Source of the DNA: Paraspadella gotoi
Lineage: Eukaryota > Animalia > Chaetognatha
Assembly: GCA_051294375.1 (NCBI GenBank)
Contig: CM119269.1
Location: 8,691,619 to 8,755,618 of the forward strand
Length of the DNA stretch: 64,000 nucleotides
Direction: 5' to 3'
Of the stretch, positions 41,008 through 53,330 are shown one piece after another; the first letter of the stretch is position 1; each line of letters opens with the position of its first letter. Position numbers and translations under genes: made by a program. Below the pieces are notes generated by a model. The model was not told the origin of the DNA, did not search any database, and saw only the letters and a program-made list of their open reading frames with translations.

Positions 41008-41320
41008 CTATCTATCTATCTATCTATCTATCTAAAAGTGACTTATGGAGTTGCTCCGCGAGCACTCGCGGCGCAACTAAACACTAAAAGCGAAAAAGAG
41101 AAAAGGTAAGAAATTCCGACATTAAGGAAAAATCGTTTTCATACAAATGAGAAAATAATGATCACGTGGACATTAAAAGCTCGAGACGCCGTCTGCGCCT
41201 TTTTCTCGCGTGAATCGAGCGGACGAGTGTGAAAGGATATTGCCGATGGAGCGATGGTGAAATATGAATTGTGAATGAGATTGTATCGGAGAAAAACTTG
41301 ACTTCGATCTTGGAGCTCAG

Positions 41321-41648
41321 TTTTAAGTCGGATCTGCTTATCGCAGATTCACTTTGTCGGTCCGTCCGTCCCACCCCAAAATCTTGTCGGTAAATCATTT
41401 TTATCATATCAGAACATCGAAATATGATAAATTATACCAAAAAATGATGACTTTCCATCTGTCCGTCGTTGCACTTGTTGTACGGACGGACGCACAGAAG
41501 GACGGACGGACATGATTTTTTTTTGACATAATTTATCATAATTTGATGTTCTAAATGATTTACCGTCAAGATTTTTAGGAGGAACCGACGGACCGACAAA
41601 GTGGATTAAATAGAGTTGGAATCCAAAATAAGCGGATCCGACTAAAAA
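41321..41648. mobile_element. ~330-bp TIR element (MITE-like) with GTCC microsatellite subtermini
   Basis: ttttaagtcggatctgcttat pairs with ataagcggatccgactaaaa; inner cactttgtcggtccgtc pairs with gacggaccgacaaagtg. Confidence 0.65.
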
Positions 41649-42152
41649 AAGAAAAAGAGAAAAAATGAAAAACTTATTTGGTTCAGGTTATAGGGAAGAC
41701 CAGGTTAAGTTGACTATTAACGAACAATATCTTCATTAAAATGATTTAATTATTCGTCGAGGTTTTCCCCGATAAATTTTATCTACCTTGAAAAATATCC
41801 GAAACTTTCTTAAATTATTTCTGTAATTCCTATTTTTTTCCCTTTATTAGTTATTAATTAGCAAATGCCCTTTGGATTTTGTTATATTTTCTAATTACCT
41901 GGTTCAGCTAAAGAAATGTAAACAAATTTTTTGCGCCATTTCTACATTTAGGAAATCCGACTCTCACCTTTAACCTTTTTAGGCCAAACAAAATAAGTCG
42001 TGTTTCAATTATAAGTAAAATATCGCAGGTGCAGTTTGTTAATGTAAATTCTTAAATCGTGTTAATTATTAAATCATACATTCGCTCACTCTCTATCTCT
42101 GTGAGATTATTTTCTCATTTCTTCAACCAATTCATTTTTTTTTTCACGAACG

Positions 42153-44498
42153 ATGAATTTTCAAACTTTGGCGCTCGTCGTCATCGTCGCTCTCAACGTC
42201 GCCGACTTCATCACCGACTTCCGATCTACGATCCGTTTCTACCGAAAAGACTTTTATCTCGAGCGTCATCTTGGCACCGCGATGGGAGTCGTCTTGGCGA
42301 CGCACAATGTCTTCAGCACCGCGCGCGTTTGGCGCAGTTTGACGCGAGATGCCTCGTCATATCCTCGTCTTTGCGGCAAACTTTGGACGTTCGTCGTCAC
42401 GATCATTTTCTGCGTCTTTGGCCTCGGAAACGTCGTCCTCTTGGTTGATCTTCATTTGGACAAACGTCAACCCAACTTCGTGAAATTCGCAAGGAAGACC
42501 AATTGCGTCACATCCTTGGATTTCTTGCACGTTGTCTTCGAGTCTTTTCCCCAAATGCTCGTTCAAGCGGCAGCGTTGATCGTGACTCTGACCAGCGGGA
42601 CGACCAAGCAATGCTTGCCCAAAAAGACTAACCAGCCAATCTTGTTTCAATTGGGAGCCGATGGCACCGTGACTCCATCGACGAAACCTTGCAGTTGCAA
42701 TTGGCAGATTATAAAGTTGCTGACTTGCGAGTGGGAGATGGACGATTTCGAATCGTTGGTGTCCTTCAGCGTGTCAACCATGAGCCTCGCCTCGTTTGCC
42801 GTTCGATCGCGCGAGAAACAAGCAGCGGCGATCAGCGGCTCCGGAAGCGGCGACGGTTTCCTCGGCGTCGTCGACTTTGTTCATTGGGGCGTTGGTGTCG
42901 TGCAAGGCGCCATCGGCGTCACGATCAATGTGTATCTCATCCACGTCTGGGCTTTGAAAACGACTCCTTGGTTGACGTTGCTGACTGCAATGGCGCTGTT
43001 AAGGATCTTTACTTTTACCGAAATAAAAGATCATTTTTCCAATTTATTGGGACAAAAATGTTCAGAAAAGATGACAACTTATTTCGCCCAATTTCTCTTT
43101 ATGATATCGTGGACGATTTTTTTGGTTTCCATATTTTTAAACGAAGATCTCCGGTCGACAATCGACGCAAAGTTTTTTATTTTCGGAAATCGTAGAATGA
43201 AACATTTTTCTGTCCAAAGTCCAAAACTGATTTATTTCAACTCACTCGAACTCCGTCTCAAACCATTTAAATTAATTCTCAAGAACGAATGTTTCAGAAC
43301 TTTGGGTTTAATCGATGAAAAGAGATGGAAGCGAATCGTCTTTCCGGACGCGGTTCCATCATGCGAATTTTATCGGCAGACTCACCCTGGAAGGATTTTG
43401 CCGGAAGCCGAGCGGTACGCTATCGGCAATTACAAGTTTCTTTATCCACAATATAAAGTTATTCTATTTCTGTTGATCTTGGATTTTGGCGCTGGTAGTT
43501 TATATATCGCCGCTGATTTGTTTAGACAAAAGGTAATTGGGAAATTGGTGATGTTTGTTGTGGCCTCATTGGTGCCAATTGCGATGTTAATTCGCGCCAT
43601 TAGCGTCACAGTCGCTCACGAAGGTAATTGTAAACATTTACAATTATTTCTGTTTACTGAAAATAAAAGTAAGAAACAACTCAATAATTCGAATTTTTAT
43701 TCTTTATTTGTTTCGAAAGAAAAATTATACAAAAGTTTCCTAAGTTTTACTAATTTTTCCTATGCCTACTTGTCATTACATATGGTTCTCTCATTTTTGG
43801 AAGCGTTTCACAGGAAACCTCGTTATTTGTTGAAGACGCTGATACGCGTCTTTGGTGTCATATCAATATTCACACCGTTATTCTTTTTTGTGATTCAAAA
43901 ATCGGTCGAAGAAACTTTGAATTTAATCGAAAGAAACGTTTTCACTAAGAACCTCAGCTTTACGTTCAACAAAGATTTTTGCCTTCTACTTATAAACTAC
44001 TACAAAAATAAAAACATCTCCCAGCTTGGAATAAATCAATCATATTTCTTAGTTGCCGGTATTTCGCTACTGCCTTTGCTAACGTGGTTCTATTTTTTAT
44101 TAAAGAATATTACTAAAAAAATTAAATCAACATTTTTTGTCAAAATATCACTAACAATAGCTTTCATCATTAGTTTTATTACTTTTTATATGCTTAAAAG
44201 CACAGAAAAAAATACCCTATGTTTTTACAACCAAAGTAAAAAATATAAGGAACTGAATCGCGCAGATATCCGACAATTACTTTCTTATAAAACCCCTTGG
44301 GAATCGCCTACATATATTGACATGGAATTGACGGTTTCAAAGTTGATTTCAATATACTCGCTAAGACCTTGGGAGGCAGTCGCTCTACTTGCGCAAGAAA
44401 TAAAGGAATTTTCACACATTGAAGGATATGAAATTTACAATGTCATTGAATTGTTGCTCGTCTCGTTTCCATTGATGTGTGCCTTTATGTATTTTTAA
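42153..44498 (+). CDS. Intronless 781-aa multi-pass membrane protein; N-terminal half XK-related (Xkr scramblase-like), long hydrophobic C-terminal extension
   Basis: Uninterrupted 2346-nt ORF with XK-family motifs in the expected order: TM1 D..TD (VADFITD), ESxPQxxxQ (FESFPQMLVQ) and S...S..SL (VSFSVSTMSLA). Many further hydrophobic segments; AATAAA follows at ~44525. Confidence 0.8.
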   Translation: MNFQTLALVVIVALNVADFITDFRSTIRFYRKDFYLERHLGTAMGVVLATHNVFSTARVWRSLTRDASSYPRLCGKLWTFVVTIIFCVFGLGNVVLLVDLHLDKRQPNFVKFARKTNCVTSLDFLHVVFESFPQMLVQAAALIVTLTSGTTKQCLPKKTNQPILFQLGADGTVTPSTKPCSCNWQIIKLLTCEWEMDDFESLVSFSVSTMSLASFAVRSREKQAAAISGSGSGDGFLGVVDFVHWGVGVVQGAIGVTINVYLIHVWALKTTPWLTLLTAMALLRIFTFTEIKDHFSNLLGQKCSEKMTTYFAQFLFMISWTIFLVSIFLNEDLRSTIDAKFFIFGNRRMKHFSVQSPKLIYFNSLELRLKPFKLILKNECFRTLGLIDEKRWKRIVFPDAVPSCEFYRQTHPGRILPEAERYAIGNYKFLYPQYKVILFLLILDFGAGSLYIAADLFRQKVIGKLVMFVVASLVPIAMLIRAISVTVAHEGNCKHLQLFLFTENKSKKQLNNSNFYSLFVSKEKLYKSFLSFTNFSYAYLSLHMVLSFLEAFHRKPRYLLKTLIRVFGVISIFTPLFFFVIQKSVEETLNLIERNVFTKNLSFTFNKDFCLLLINYYKNKNISQLGINQSYFLVAGISLLPLLTWFYFLLKNITKKIKSTFFVKISLTIAFIISFITFYMLKSTEKNTLCFYNQSKKYKELNRADIRQLLSYKTPWESPTYIDMELTVSKLISIYSLRPWEAVALLAQEIKEFSHIEGYEIYNVIELLLVSFPLMCAFMYF

Positions 44499-44811
44499 AA
44501 TATATTTATTTGCCTAGTTAAAAAAATAAAATAAAATAAATCTTAAAAATATATTAAAAAAAGGAGGTTACGCGGACTCATGCTTTGGGCTTCGTACCCA
44601 TAACAGAAAATAGTTTTAGTTCAAAGGTTGTGTTCAAAGGTAAACGTTTATCGAAAACCTCTCTCCCCCCCAAAATGCTTGCCAAATGGCAAGCACTTTT
44701 CTCCGAGTTAGCGCTCCTATAGAGAGTTAAGCTGGCAATAGCTCGACGTAGCCTCAAGCGCGGAATTAATTATCGGAAGTGAACGCATGTTCTTTGTCCG
44801 TTTGAGCGTTT

Positions 44812-44825
44812 GTCTCCTTGGCAAC
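44812..44825. promoter_or_regulatory. RFX X-box-like motif
   Basis: GTCTCCTTGGCAAC resembles GTNRCC-N(0-3)-RGYAAC; an ETS-like cggaagtg lies at ~44774. Confidence 0.35.
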
Positions 44826-45452
44826 CGATAGTGATTTGGTAACGAAAGGTCGCTGAATGAGGTTCTTTCTCTCTATTTTAAATCCTCCCTTTGAAATCGA
44901 TTCAAATATTTTCTTTATATTTATTCTGTTTTTCCTTGTTTCGTATAATTATCTTCTTCCTTCATTTCCTTCATTAATTTGCTTAACATTTATGTATTTC
45001 CCCTGTTTATTGGTTTGTTTTTTTGCTCTTTCTTTCGTTTCAATATTTATTTTATTTTGTTTTGTGTTCATTTGTTTCATCCATTTTTCATTTTGACGTA
45101 ATATCCTCATTTTCACTTTTCCATTCCGTTCGACGTATTCCTTTCTCTCTTTCTTTCGCCTATTCTTTTTCTCTATTCCTCTATTCCCTCTTTATTCCTT
45201 TCCTTTCCTCCGTTTCCTTGATCCCTTTCTTTTCTCCCTTCATTATACTTTCCTCTTCCTTTCCTCCCTTTATTTCTCTCTTTATTTCTTTCCTTTCCTC
45301 CGCTTCCTTGATCCCTTTCTTTTCTACCTTCATTTTACTTTCCTCTTCCTTTCCTCCCTTTATTTCCCTCTTTATTTCTTTCCTTTCCTCTGCTTTCTAT
45401 TTTCCTTCTTCCTTTCCTCCTTAAAAAAAAAAACTCTTCCCGCCGACGCGAC

Positions 45453-46229
45453 ATGGATCGACTGACCTTGGGTAAGTTCGCTCGTTAAAGAGACTTTGAG
45501 TCGCTTTTCTCGGGTTAGAAAAAAAGTCGAATCTTCGCTTTTAATCCTCGTTCATCCCAACTTTACCCGTTTTGCACTTGTCGCTGTAAAATGGGCCAAT
45601 TTGGGACATTTTTTTGTCATTTTATTTGGGTCGTTTAGATACTTAGAATAAAACCCCAAGAGAAATTCAATTTGCTTGTTTTGTGACTTTTGTTTGCCTT
45701 TTGAATAAGTCTTGTTAGGGTTTTTGTTTGATAGTAAATAAGTTGATAAGCTCGCTTAATAAAAATGTTTTTATATTTACGTTTAGATTTTCTCTTCAAT
45801 ACTACCTATAATACCAAAAAAATCTTTTTTTCTTTTCTCAATAGTTTAATACATACATTGTCGAATTTTTTTATACAGTATCAAAACAATCGTTTTTCAA
45901 TTCGAAAATTCGTGATTCGGTTTTAATTTGATATTTGGGTTTCGAGCGGCAACTTTCTATGTTCACATCGGTGAGAACCTCCTTTTCATTCTCACTCGTT
46001 CACTGAATACAAAATAGGAGATCCATTCACAAAAATCCTTCCGAGTTTTCACGGTGAAAAGATTCCGCCCCCCTCCCGGTCTCCGGGCATCGCCCCCCCC
46101 TGGCCCGACCGCAGTGAGAATTCCGCCCGACGGTGGCGAGACGAAAAGGCGGGCAGCTTTTGCCCTTTTTCGGGCAGCAACACCGGCAGCCTTTGCCCCA
46201 TCGTCGCCGTCAGACCGAGAAGGTTGTGA
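45453..46229 (+). CDS. Possible small two-exon gene (45453-45471, 46018-46229), ~76 aa, unknown function
   Basis: ATG GAT CGA CTG ACC TTG G|gtaagt is a consensus donor, phase-compatible with tag|GA GAT CCA, giving MDRLTLGDPFTKILPSFHGEKIPPPSRSPG...RPRRL*. The second exon is a GC-rich island. Confidence 0.3.
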
Positions 46230-46593
46230 CCTCCGTAGGGATGGCAATACAGAGATGCCTTAGCGTCGCGATGCTCAACTCCTAACCCTTTCTCTCACAG
46301 ACGTCGTCATTGCTGCTTGGCGCAATGCAATGCAATGTGAAAAAATGTATATCCAAGAATAGAAAAGCTGTTGGTCATTGTGAAAGATTCCGTTTTCAAA
46401 TTTCCATGCAATGAAAATTCGACAACCAACGAAGATGCAATAAGACGTCGGTACAAGAGCGGAGATTCTATTCTCTTCTCCCTTCTCGCTCTTTATCATT
46501 AACCAATAACCATCTGGAGAACGTTGCCTTAAAAACTCTCGATGAAAGGAAATTCCCAGAGGAGAGCGGGTTACGAACTTATCCAAATGAGAT

Positions 46594-46641
<48 letters not shown>

Positions 46642-46720
46642 CTCTCTCTCTCTCTGTCCCTCTGCAAACGAGCTTTCCTGTCTCTCTCTACAGTTGTCTT
46701 TGACTCTCTATTTCCATATT

Positions 46721-46815
<95 letters not shown>

Positions 46816-47070
46816 CATCCTTCAGTCAAAAGGCGACTTGAAACTTTGTTCCCTTTTTGCTCTCGTCAGCCGCCATGAATATAGAACCGCTTCCGGTGAA
46901 AAGGGGGCGTCGCCCGTAACCGTGACAGCTCGCGAGAAACCATGACAACGCATGGTAACGGGGTTTGTTAACTCGAGTCGACTTTCTGAGACTGGCGGTT
47001 GGAAGAGCGAATTGGGGAAGAGGGAGAGAGAGAGAAAGCGAAAGGCTCGATAATTAGTAGAGAGAGAGAG

Positions 47071-47136
<66 letters not shown>

Positions 47137-47271
47137 TCGAGAAAGAAAGGAATGTCATGAAAAGCTGAGTGCCGATTGGAAAAGATATGGTAATGAGAGT
47201 AAAAGGAGCTGAGAAAGACAGAGAAAAATGAGTGAGTTGAAAGAAGGAAAGATGAGCGAGAGAGAGAGAGT

Positions 47272-47373
<102 letters not shown>

Positions 47374-48224
47374 AGATAGAGAGAGAGTTAAGAGATTAAA
47401 GCAAAGAAGATCATAGGAAGAAGAACCCAAAAAAAACCATCAGAGGGAGAAAGATGCATATCAGTGAGAAAAGCAAATAAATAAAGAAGAAAAAATGACA
47501 GAAAATACATTTACAAAAATTGTTAAAATAATTTATTCAAATGCACAGAAGATGACGGGGGAAGAGAAAGACAATAAAATCACCGCGAGATGGAACCAGA
47601 CTAGCGACGCGAATGGATGGAACCGCGATCCTCATTTCCCTTTTCTAAAATCAGTCGTGCGTACATACGTAATCTAATTTTTTTTCCTCTTTTCTGATTT
47701 AAAAAAAAAAAATTTCGTAAAATTATCATTTTCTTCATGAAACTTGGATTCTAAGTTTCACGAAGAAAATGATAATTGGATTTCCGAAACGAGAGTTCCT
47801 ATTTGCGATAAATTTTATTTTCGCGATGGAAACTTGTTAACGTTGTTCATGACGCATTTCCTAAGCCTCGACGAATTTTATTATTTTATCAGTATCTATA
47901 TTCAATAGTTTAACGTCGTAGTAGTAGTAGAACGTCGTCCCTCGTCAACTTCGATAGTTTAAAAATTCGCGCGAAACATAAAGTTGAACGAATTGAAATT
48001 AAATGTAAATGAAACTGGAGACTTCGAGGACTTGCGAAAGGGGGGAGGGGGTGTGATTGCGGCGGAGTGAGGGGGGAACGAGTATTTTTATAAATAATAC
48101 ATTTTAATTTACATATTAAATTCGATGTACAAAGTCGATGGCGGCGACGACGTTAAAGCTACGCAACATCACGAGTCTTCGCCGGCGGAGACATTCAAGT
48201 GTCTCACACTTAACGATTTAAAAG

Positions 48225-48410
48225 CAATTGACCAATCAGGAGCCGGTGTCGACAGCCTCGACCAATCGACGGTCAATTTTGCGAAGCGTCGCTCGGGTCT
48301 GACCGACAACGACAACTACACAAATAAAGAAAGACTGAAGCTACGACAACGACAACAACTACGACAACGACGTCACGCACGAGAAAACCTCGTTACCATG
48401 GCGACCGCGG
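48225..48410. promoter_or_regulatory. Promoter-like motif cluster: two CCAAT boxes, CRE-like site and RFX X-box
   Basis: gaCCAATc at 48232 and 48262 (30 bp apart), gacgtcac at ~48369 and GTTACCATGGCGAC at 48392-48405, within a CpG-rich island. Confidence 0.5.
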
Positions 48411-48624
48411 ACTCGCGGGGTGACCACTCTTACCGCGCCCACACGTCTCCGCCCGGGCGATTTCGTGTCGGCGGCCGAAAGACTCACGATTTTCGGCACC
48501 GGATGAATCGAGAAAAATGTGAGGTCACTATTTTCACAAAGCGCTCCATTTCTGTTACTGAATGACTGAAATCAATTCTAACTTAAATAGAACATGGTAA
48601 TCTTAGTCGTTTACGAAATATTAT

Positions 48625-48795
48625 ACCCAATCCCTAACCATAAACCATAAATCTTAACCCTAACCGAATCCCAAACCCTGATCTAAATTCTTAACCTTAT
48701 CCATTAACCATATTCCTCAACTAAATCTCTATCCAAAACTAACTTTTAACCCTAATTTCTAACCTGACCTTTGTCCTTAACCCCTAACCTATTTT
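48625..48795. repeat. Degenerate interstitial (CCCTAA)n-like tract
   Basis: Repeated ccctaacc/ttaaccctaa variants. Confidence 0.7.
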
Positions 48796-48948
48796 TTTAT
48801 AATTCACCATCTTTGGAATTTAGGCAGAAAAAAAAGCAAATATTGAAATCAGACGAGACTTCGTGGTGCGTGTGGTCGTTGCCGTTAACGACGTCGGTGG
48901 CGTCTTCTTCGTAGCGTGACGAGACGTTGTCTGAGATGTAGGTTTTCA

Positions 48949-49236
48949 TTCTTCGCCTTCACGTTTGAAGAAGCATCGTGAATCGCCAAATAATATTTTA
49001 ACTAAGTTCAACTTTTAATTAACATAAGTTTCATTATAAACAATTTATCAAAATCAAATTAAAGAGTCATCTACGGGATTCGATCCCGGGACTGAGGAGT
49101 CACGAACATTGACTCAAGCACTTTGACCACCTCACTACGTTACATTAGATATTCAAATTATGTTAATTAAAAGTTGAACTTATTTAAAATGTTAGTTGGC
49201 GATTCACTATGCTTCTTCAGCCGATAAGGCGAAGAA
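48949..49236. mobile_element. Inverted-repeat element (~80-bp arms) enclosing a tRNA-derived (SINE-head-like) fragment on the minus strand
   Basis: Arms at 48951-49031 and 49155-49234 are reverse complements. Minus strand 49140-49064 reads gTAGTGAGGTGGtcaaagtgcttgag...ccGGGATCGAATCCCg, i.e. A-box-like and B-box-like motifs. Confidence 0.6.
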
Positions 49237-50312
49237 GCCTAGATCAAAAATCCTACAGAGATGACGAACTCGTTCCGTCCGTGGTCAATTTATTCGCGAT
49301 TAATATTTTCTAGTATCTTTGGCAATGAGACGATTTTTCATCATCTGGTTTCAGATGTTGAAGAGCATTGCAAGTAAGTAGTATTGCAAGCGTTGCCAAC
49401 GCTGTCCACCGTCTTGGCCAATGATCACATCCGTTGACGCCAAGAGATCGTTTAACAGAAACCGTCACAACAGCCTCACTGCTAAATCGCACAGCTTTTC
49501 CGGTCAGTTTACTCGGAAACGAGGACTGAGCGGAATACGACGACGACGACGATGACGACGACGACTTAGATTGGGCGGGCCAGTGACGAACAACAACGAC
49601 AACGACGAAGACAAAGTCGCGGGAATTGTCTCTTCTTGTTTGGAAGAAAATTCCCTCGACCGCGATTCGGACCATTTTCCCCGCAAACGGCCTTTGCCCA
49701 CATTTGTGGTGATCGATGACCACTCCCTCCCCCACAAAGTATCGGCAAGGGACAAGTCTTAGTCCACCATATGGTCCAAACGATATAGGTCCAAGACCTG
49801 TGCGGAATGTTGCGAAAAGTTGAGTTTCAATTCTCACGTACGTTTAAAATCTGGGATAATATTGATGAGAAATTGACTAAGAATAACAAGAAAGGATGTC
49901 ATAACTAGGTGCTGTCGCCGCCGCCGCAACCGCCGGTGACGCCGCCGCCGCAACCGCCGCAGCCGCTGCCGCCGCCGCACGTCCTCCCAAATCCAAATGA
50001 ATCCTCGGGTTGAGTTTCAGCAACGAAAAAAGATGAGATGTCGATTGGAGGAATGAAGGGGAGAAGAAGGAGGAGGAAAAAAGGGAAATAAAGGAAGTAG
50101 ATAAATGGAGGAAAAGAAAGGAAATAAAGGAAGGTGATAAAGGGAGGAAAAGAAAGAAAATAAGGGAAGGAGATAAATGGAAGGAAATAAAGGAAGGGGA
50201 AAAAAGGGAGGAAAAGAAAGGAAATAATGGAATAAATAAGAAAGGAAGGAGAAAAGAAGAAGAGGGACAAAGAGCGAAATTGCAAAGATGGTTGGGGGTA
50301 AGAAAACAAATA

Positions 50313-50403
<91 letters not shown>

Positions 50404-50889
50404 AATCGCCGGCCAATACTCTTGTCGTGACATTTGCAAAGACAAACTCACTTCGGCCTGAAACGTCGTTGGCTCAGAATTTTACTTCGACGGTCACGCC
50501 CCCACGACTGCCACGCCCACATCGATGGCCACGCCCCTATGACGCTCACGGACCCACGGTAGCCACGCCCACATCGAATGGCCTCCGCCTCTTCAACCAC
50601 AATCTCCCCACCATCGACCCACAACATGACCCACAACACGCTTCCAAAGAGGCCACTCACCGACACCCAACGAGGCAACGCGCGAAGCAATTTCGAGCCG
50701 AAACTCAGGAATAAACAGAAAAGCGAAACCCAAGGCGACCCAAGCGGAAATACAAGCAGAAATACGAGGAGTGGGAAGTTTGATTGCAAGTAAACCGAAG
50801 GCAAGCAGAAATACCATAGATGACGAAAGGATAATAATAAATGTTAAAGAGAAAAAAAATAATAAAAATAAAAATAAAAATAAAAATAA

Positions 50890-51000
<111 letters not shown>

Positions 51001-51284
51001 AAAAAATAAATAAATAAATAAATACATAAATAAATAAATGACGAAAGGGAAGGGGAAAAAAAGGAAAAAGAAAGGAAAAAGGAGTTGGTAACAAATAAAC
51101 ATAATAAGAACCATAAAACGAAATAAAAAAAATAGAATGACTTGGTTTCCTCAACTCTAAACCCGCGTCGACTTTTCTCACAATTCTTGCTTCCTCCACG
51201 CCGCTCGGTGATTGACCGCCATCCATTATGCAGAGTTTACGATTCGGGTTAAAGTCGCCGCCGCCACCGCTGTGGCTGGCATCT

Positions 51285-51460
51285 CTGAGGCAGCGTCGTT
51301 GCTTAGGCCGCCATCTATCAGGCCGCCGTTGCTAAGGCCGCTATCTATGAGGACCCCTTTGATAAAGCCGCCATATAAGAGGCCGACGTTACTAAGGCCG
51401 CCATCTATGACGCCGCCGTGGCTAAGCTCGCCGACGTCGTCATCTCTGAGGCCGCCGAGT
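51285..51460. repeat. 30-bp (2x15) minisatellite, ~5 copies
   Basis: Repeated aggccgccatctatg-aggccgccgttgcta units; translates as RPPSxRPPLL repeats in ORF 51212-51505. Confidence 0.75.
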
Positions 51461-52385
51461 CACGAGGTTCACACGGAGGAATCACAGAGAATCTGTCTCG
51501 CGTAATCTAAAAATCACCGGTCGGGAAGATGCCATCATGATTAACCCTTCGTGTTGACCTCAAAAAAACAAACAAACAAAGAACGACCTTTTTACTCACT
51601 CGTCGAAAAGAACTCACAAAACGAGACGCACACACACAAAAAAAAAGACTAAAAATTTTACTTCCCCTTCACTGAATTTTTACGGAAAGAAAAAAAGTAA
51701 GAGTAGCTCCTGCGCATCAAAGAGTCAGTCGCCGAAAACCATAAAACTTAGTTCCGCTCCATAAATCAGAAAGTCGCGTTAAAAAAAAATATTTTCACAT
51801 AGACGAAGCGACAGTTTGAATATATTTCCATTGTTTTAAATATTTAAAGAATAACAGTAATAGAAACCGTTTAATAAATTAAATCGCTCTCAAAAAAAAA
51901 AAAAAAAACACACTAAGCTTAAGGATTGTTTAATGTTTATATCCCAAGCAACCTGTTTCGTTTCGAACGAGTCTATCGTAAACAAAAACAACTTCCATCA
52001 AAACTTTGAGCCGAAATATATTGATCAACGCAAAACGAGACGCATGGTATATACGCACACCATAAGTTAGATATGCGTTTGACCTTTTGGGGTCAAGAGC
52101 AATTGAGTTATCTTTTCTTATGTCTATTTATAGAAAACTGAATATTTGTTTGCGCCCGATTTATGTTCTGAGTCTAAACCTTCGATCCAGGGTCATGACG
52201 GTCACTTTATTGGGGTCAGAAATTCGTAAGGAAAACGGTGAGACGAAGTTGTAATCGACGGACGGCATTTGCTTGCATCTCCGCTTGCATCTATCCTAGT
52301 AAGTACATCCAGCTGCTTGGCGGAAACGGAGCTAATATCTTAATGAGACGCCCGAGGGTAAAAGAACAAAATGGAAGAGAAGAAA

Positions 52386-52426
<41 letters not shown>

Positions 52427-53029
52427 CGATGACGACGACGACAAAGTTTGTAGTTGTTTTGTTGAGTCTTTACGCACATCAAACGTTCCGTCTTTATTAA
52501 AGTTATGGCTGATATAACCGGAAGGGGAAGACAATTTTTTTTCGTGCGCCGAAAGACACGAAATATGTTTGGTACTGGAGTTTATTTTTTGTGGCTTTTT
52601 TTTTGGTGTTGCAAGATGAGATGAGGTGAGGTGAGATGGTAAAGAGGCATTAGGCGGCATCTGTGAGGGTTTATATATTTATTTAATGAGGGATGACATG
52701 ACTTGACAATGTCGGTATACGAAATTGCATCATTTTCTAAGAGTGGATGAGAGAGGTTTGGAGGCGTGGAGAGAGAGAGAGAGAGAGAGAGAGAGTTTAT
52801 AAAGATATGGAAAATTAAGGGGCAGGAGACCAGTCATAAAGAGAGGAGAGGAATTGGGAGAAAAGCTGAAAGTCTTTTCGTCGTCGTCGTCGTCGTCATC
52901 GTCGTCGTTTTTGTCTTCATCGTCCGCATTGCCATTGGAGGAACTGGCGATGATTTGTTGAGAACTGAATGGTTTTCCCGTCAGAAGAAAAGGACACGCT
53001 TCCTCTCCGAGTCTCGTCACTTTCGCGCC

Positions 53030-53120
<91 letters not shown>

Positions 53121-53248
53121 CGTGAACTCTATCTCTGTCTTTTTCATCTTCATTCTGACTAGCTCTCTCTCCCACTATTTTCTCTCTCACTATCGCTCCA
53201 CGTTTCTCTTTTCCCTTGGCTCTTCCATCCCTTTTCTCTTCTGCTTTT

Positions 53249-53330
<82 letters not shown>

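Larger units (their letters stand above)
37190..41630. repeat. Local duplication: 37815-38720 repeated directly at 39970-40830; 37190-37812 repeated inverted at 41035-41630
   Basis: The copies differ by scattered 1-nt indels and flank a 25-N gap and a (TATC)n array. Probably assembly redundancy. Confidence 0.85.

Noticed and set aside
37190-41630. Second direct + inverted duplication as a biological rearrangement
   Set aside because: Same artefact pattern: the split falls within the HINE microsatellite, next to a 25-N gap and a noisy (TATC)n array.
48625-48795. True telomere
   Set aside because: Short, degenerate and interstitial.
49064-49140. Functional tRNA gene
   Set aside because: A/B-box-like motifs are present, but acceptor and anticodon stems do not form and GTTC is altered to GATC.
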